This document shows, piece after piece, positions 62,355 to 64,000 of a stretch of 64,000 nucleotides of DNA; the first letter of the stretch is position 1, and every line of letters starts with the position of its first letter. The notes under the pieces were generated by a model. That model searched no databases. It was not told the DNA's origin and was given only the letters and a program-made list of their open reading frames with translations. The DNA is from Candidatus Krumholzibacteriia bacterium (GTDB taxonomy: Bacteria; Krumholzibacteriota; Krumholzibacteriia; Krumholzibacteriales; Krumholzibacteriaceae), in assembly GCA_963836185.1 (NCBI GenBank), contig CAWIIQ010000001.1, forward strand, positions 1,792,001 to 1,856,000, written 5' to 3'. Made by a program: the position numbers and the translations under genes.

Positions 62355-63596
62355 TTACTGCTCGAATTTCTTTATAAGAAGGCTGACATTGTGACCGCCG
62401 AATCCGAAAGAATTGCTCAGCACGTATTCGAGCTCCCTGCCGACAGATTTCTTCGGCACGTGATTGAGCTGACATTCCGGATCGATATTATCGAGGTTTG
62501 CCGTAGGCGGAACAGTCTTTTCGAGGATGGCCTTGACGCACATTATGAACTCGAATCCAGCTGCTGCCCCGAGCATGTGTCCCGAACACGATTTCGTCGA
62601 GCTGACGAGCGGACCCTCGCCTGCACCGAACACAGTCCTTATCGCTTCCGATTCTGATTTGTCGTTGTATTGCGTCGATGTTCCATGGGCGTTGACGTAC
62701 TGTATCTCGGCAGGCTCTATACCCGCGTCACGTATCGCCATCTTCATCGCTTCCACAGCGCCTGCGCCCCCAGGTGCCGGAGAGGTGATGTGGTGCGCAT
62801 CTCCGGTCAGTCCGACTCCAGCCAGCTCGGCGTATATCTTCGCGCCGCGCGCCCTCGCGTACTCGAGGTCCTCGAGCATGACCAGTCCGGAACCTTCCGC
62901 CATGACGAAACCGTCACGGTCGATATCGAACGGCCTGCTCGCACCCCGCGGGTCATCGTTCCTTGTGGACAGGGCCTTCATCGAACAGAATCCCCCGAGA
63001 GCCATCGGGGAGATAGTCCCTTCCGTGCCCCCTGTCAGGACCGCTTTCGTATAGCCCTGCTTTATCATCATGAAAGAAGTCGCGATACCGTGCCCCGCCG
63101 AGGCACACGCCGACACCGTAGCGAAATTGGGGCCCTTGAGGCCGTACCGGATCGATACGAGTCCCGAGGAGATATCGGCTATCATCATGGGGATGAAGAA
63201 GGGGCTTATCTTGGACGGCCCCTTGCTGACATAGTTGGAGTGCTGCGTCTCGAAGGTCTTGATGCCGCCGATCCCGGACGCGATGACCGTTCCTACGTCA
63301 TTCCCGTCGTATTCGAAACCGTCGAAAGCCTTCATCACCTCGACTGCAGCGGCCATTGCAAGCTGCGAGGATCGGTCCATCCTCTTCGATTCCTTGCGGT
63401 CGATGTACTCGAGCGGGTCGAAATCATTGACCTCGCCCGCGACCTGGGATGTATATTCGCTTGCATCAAATGCCTTGATCGTATCGTAGCCGGGTATCCC
63501 CGCCGAGACGTTCTTCCAGTTCTCCTCAACGGTCTTCCCGCAGCAACTGAGCAGGCCCATGCCTGTAACGACCACTCTTCTGCCGTCAGTGGACAC
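62355..63596 (-). CDS. fabF: beta-ketoacyl-ACP synthase II
   Basis: RRVVVTGMG, VSACAS, NAHGTST, GHMLGAA, SNSFGFGGHN. Confidence 0.96.
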   Translation of the reverse strand: MSTDGRRVVVTGMGLLSCCGKTVEENWKNVSAGIPGYDTIKAFDASEYTSQVAGEVNDFDPLEYIDRKESKRMDRSSQLAMAAAVEVMKAFDGFEYDGNDVGTVIASGIGGIKTFETQHSNYVSKGPSKISPFFIPMMIADISSGLVSIRYGLKGPNFATVSACASAGHGIATSFMMIKQGYTKAVLTGGTEGTISPMALGGFCSMKALSTRNDDPRGASRPFDIDRDGFVMAEGSGLVMLEDLEYARARGAKIYAELAGVGLTGDAHHITSPAPGGAGAVEAMKMAIRDAGIEPAEIQYVNAHGTSTQYNDKSESEAIRTVFGAGEGPLVSSTKSCSGHMLGAAAGFEFIMCVKAILEKTVPPTANLDNIDPECQLNHVPKKSVGRELEYVLSNSFGFGGHNVSLLIKKFEQ

Positions 63597-63650
63597 TTTA
63601 TCCCCCTGATCTCAGGATAGTTCGAATTTTCTCAAGTCAGCAGGCGACAG

Positions 63651-63890
63651 TTATTCCGTCACGTGCGCCTTGACGTAATCTATGGCCTCGCCGACCTTCG
63701 TGATCTTCTCGGCTTCTTCGTCTGGTATCTCTACCCCGAACTCCTCCTCGAGAGCCATCACGAGCTCGACGGTATCGAGCGAATCAGCTCCGAGATCGTC
63801 GATAAAAGACGCCTCAGGCGTAATCTGGTCCTGGTTGACTGAAAGCTGGTCTTCAACTACTTTCTTTACTCTTTCCTCGATAGTACTCAT
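63651..63890 (-). CDS. acpP: acyl carrier protein
   Basis: [20 protein letters not shown]. Confidence 0.97.
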   Translation of the reverse strand: MSTIEERVKKVVEDQLSVNQDQITPEASFIDDLGADSLDTVELVMALEEEFGVEIPDEEAEKITKVGEAIDYVKAHVTE

Positions 63891-63923
63891 GGTCCGGCCT
63901 ACCTCCTTAGTCTTGATTCCCCG

Positions 63924-64000
63924 TCAACGCGCCATGACCATGCCGCCGTCACAGTTTATTACCTGTCCTGTGACATACGCGCCCAGTTCCGATACGAGAA
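63924..64000 (-). CDS. fabG: 3-oxoacyl-ACP reductase, C-terminal fragment (truncated by window)
   Basis: LVSELGAYVTGQVINCDGGMVMAR* directly upstream of acpP. Confidence 0.85.
   Translation of the reverse strand, partial: LVSELGAYVTGQVINCDGGMVMAR

Overview
About 57% GC chromosomal window from a diderm, LPS-making bacterium. The gene order (prfB-lysS-lolE-lolD-mcsA-mcsB-clpC-bamA-skp-lpxD-lpxC/fabZ-lpxA-Gfo/Idh/MocA-lpxB-DUF374-lpxK) and the LpxC-FabZ fusion suggest an FCB-associated lineage such as Gemmatimonadota/Latescibacterota/Krumholzibacteriota (inference). From about 18 kb to the end it is mostly a minus-strand housekeeping and envelope super-operon (fab, rnc, ECF sigma, efp/acc/pilT, thiE, ftsK, rimO, bamD, nadD, polA, coaE). 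prfB has a genuine programmed +1 frameshift. About 14 other small indels and 2 in-frame stops, several in essential genes, look like long-read consensus errors. The first 18 kb are more accessory: a Gld-like ABC system, two sigma54-driven genes and an AmmeMemoRadiSam locus. In that locus the radical SAM enzyme carries a twin-arginine signal and the fused Memo-AMMECR1 protein carries a signal peptide. The locus faces a membrane spermidine-synthase-like gene, and between them lies a DUF222-like HNH nuclease. Upstream of the nuclease are a structured ~170-bp segment that separates a -35 from a perfect extended -10, and a degenerate ~21-bp tandem array. No tRNA, rRNA or CRISPR array was seen. Family assignments come from motif recognition by eye, not from database searches.
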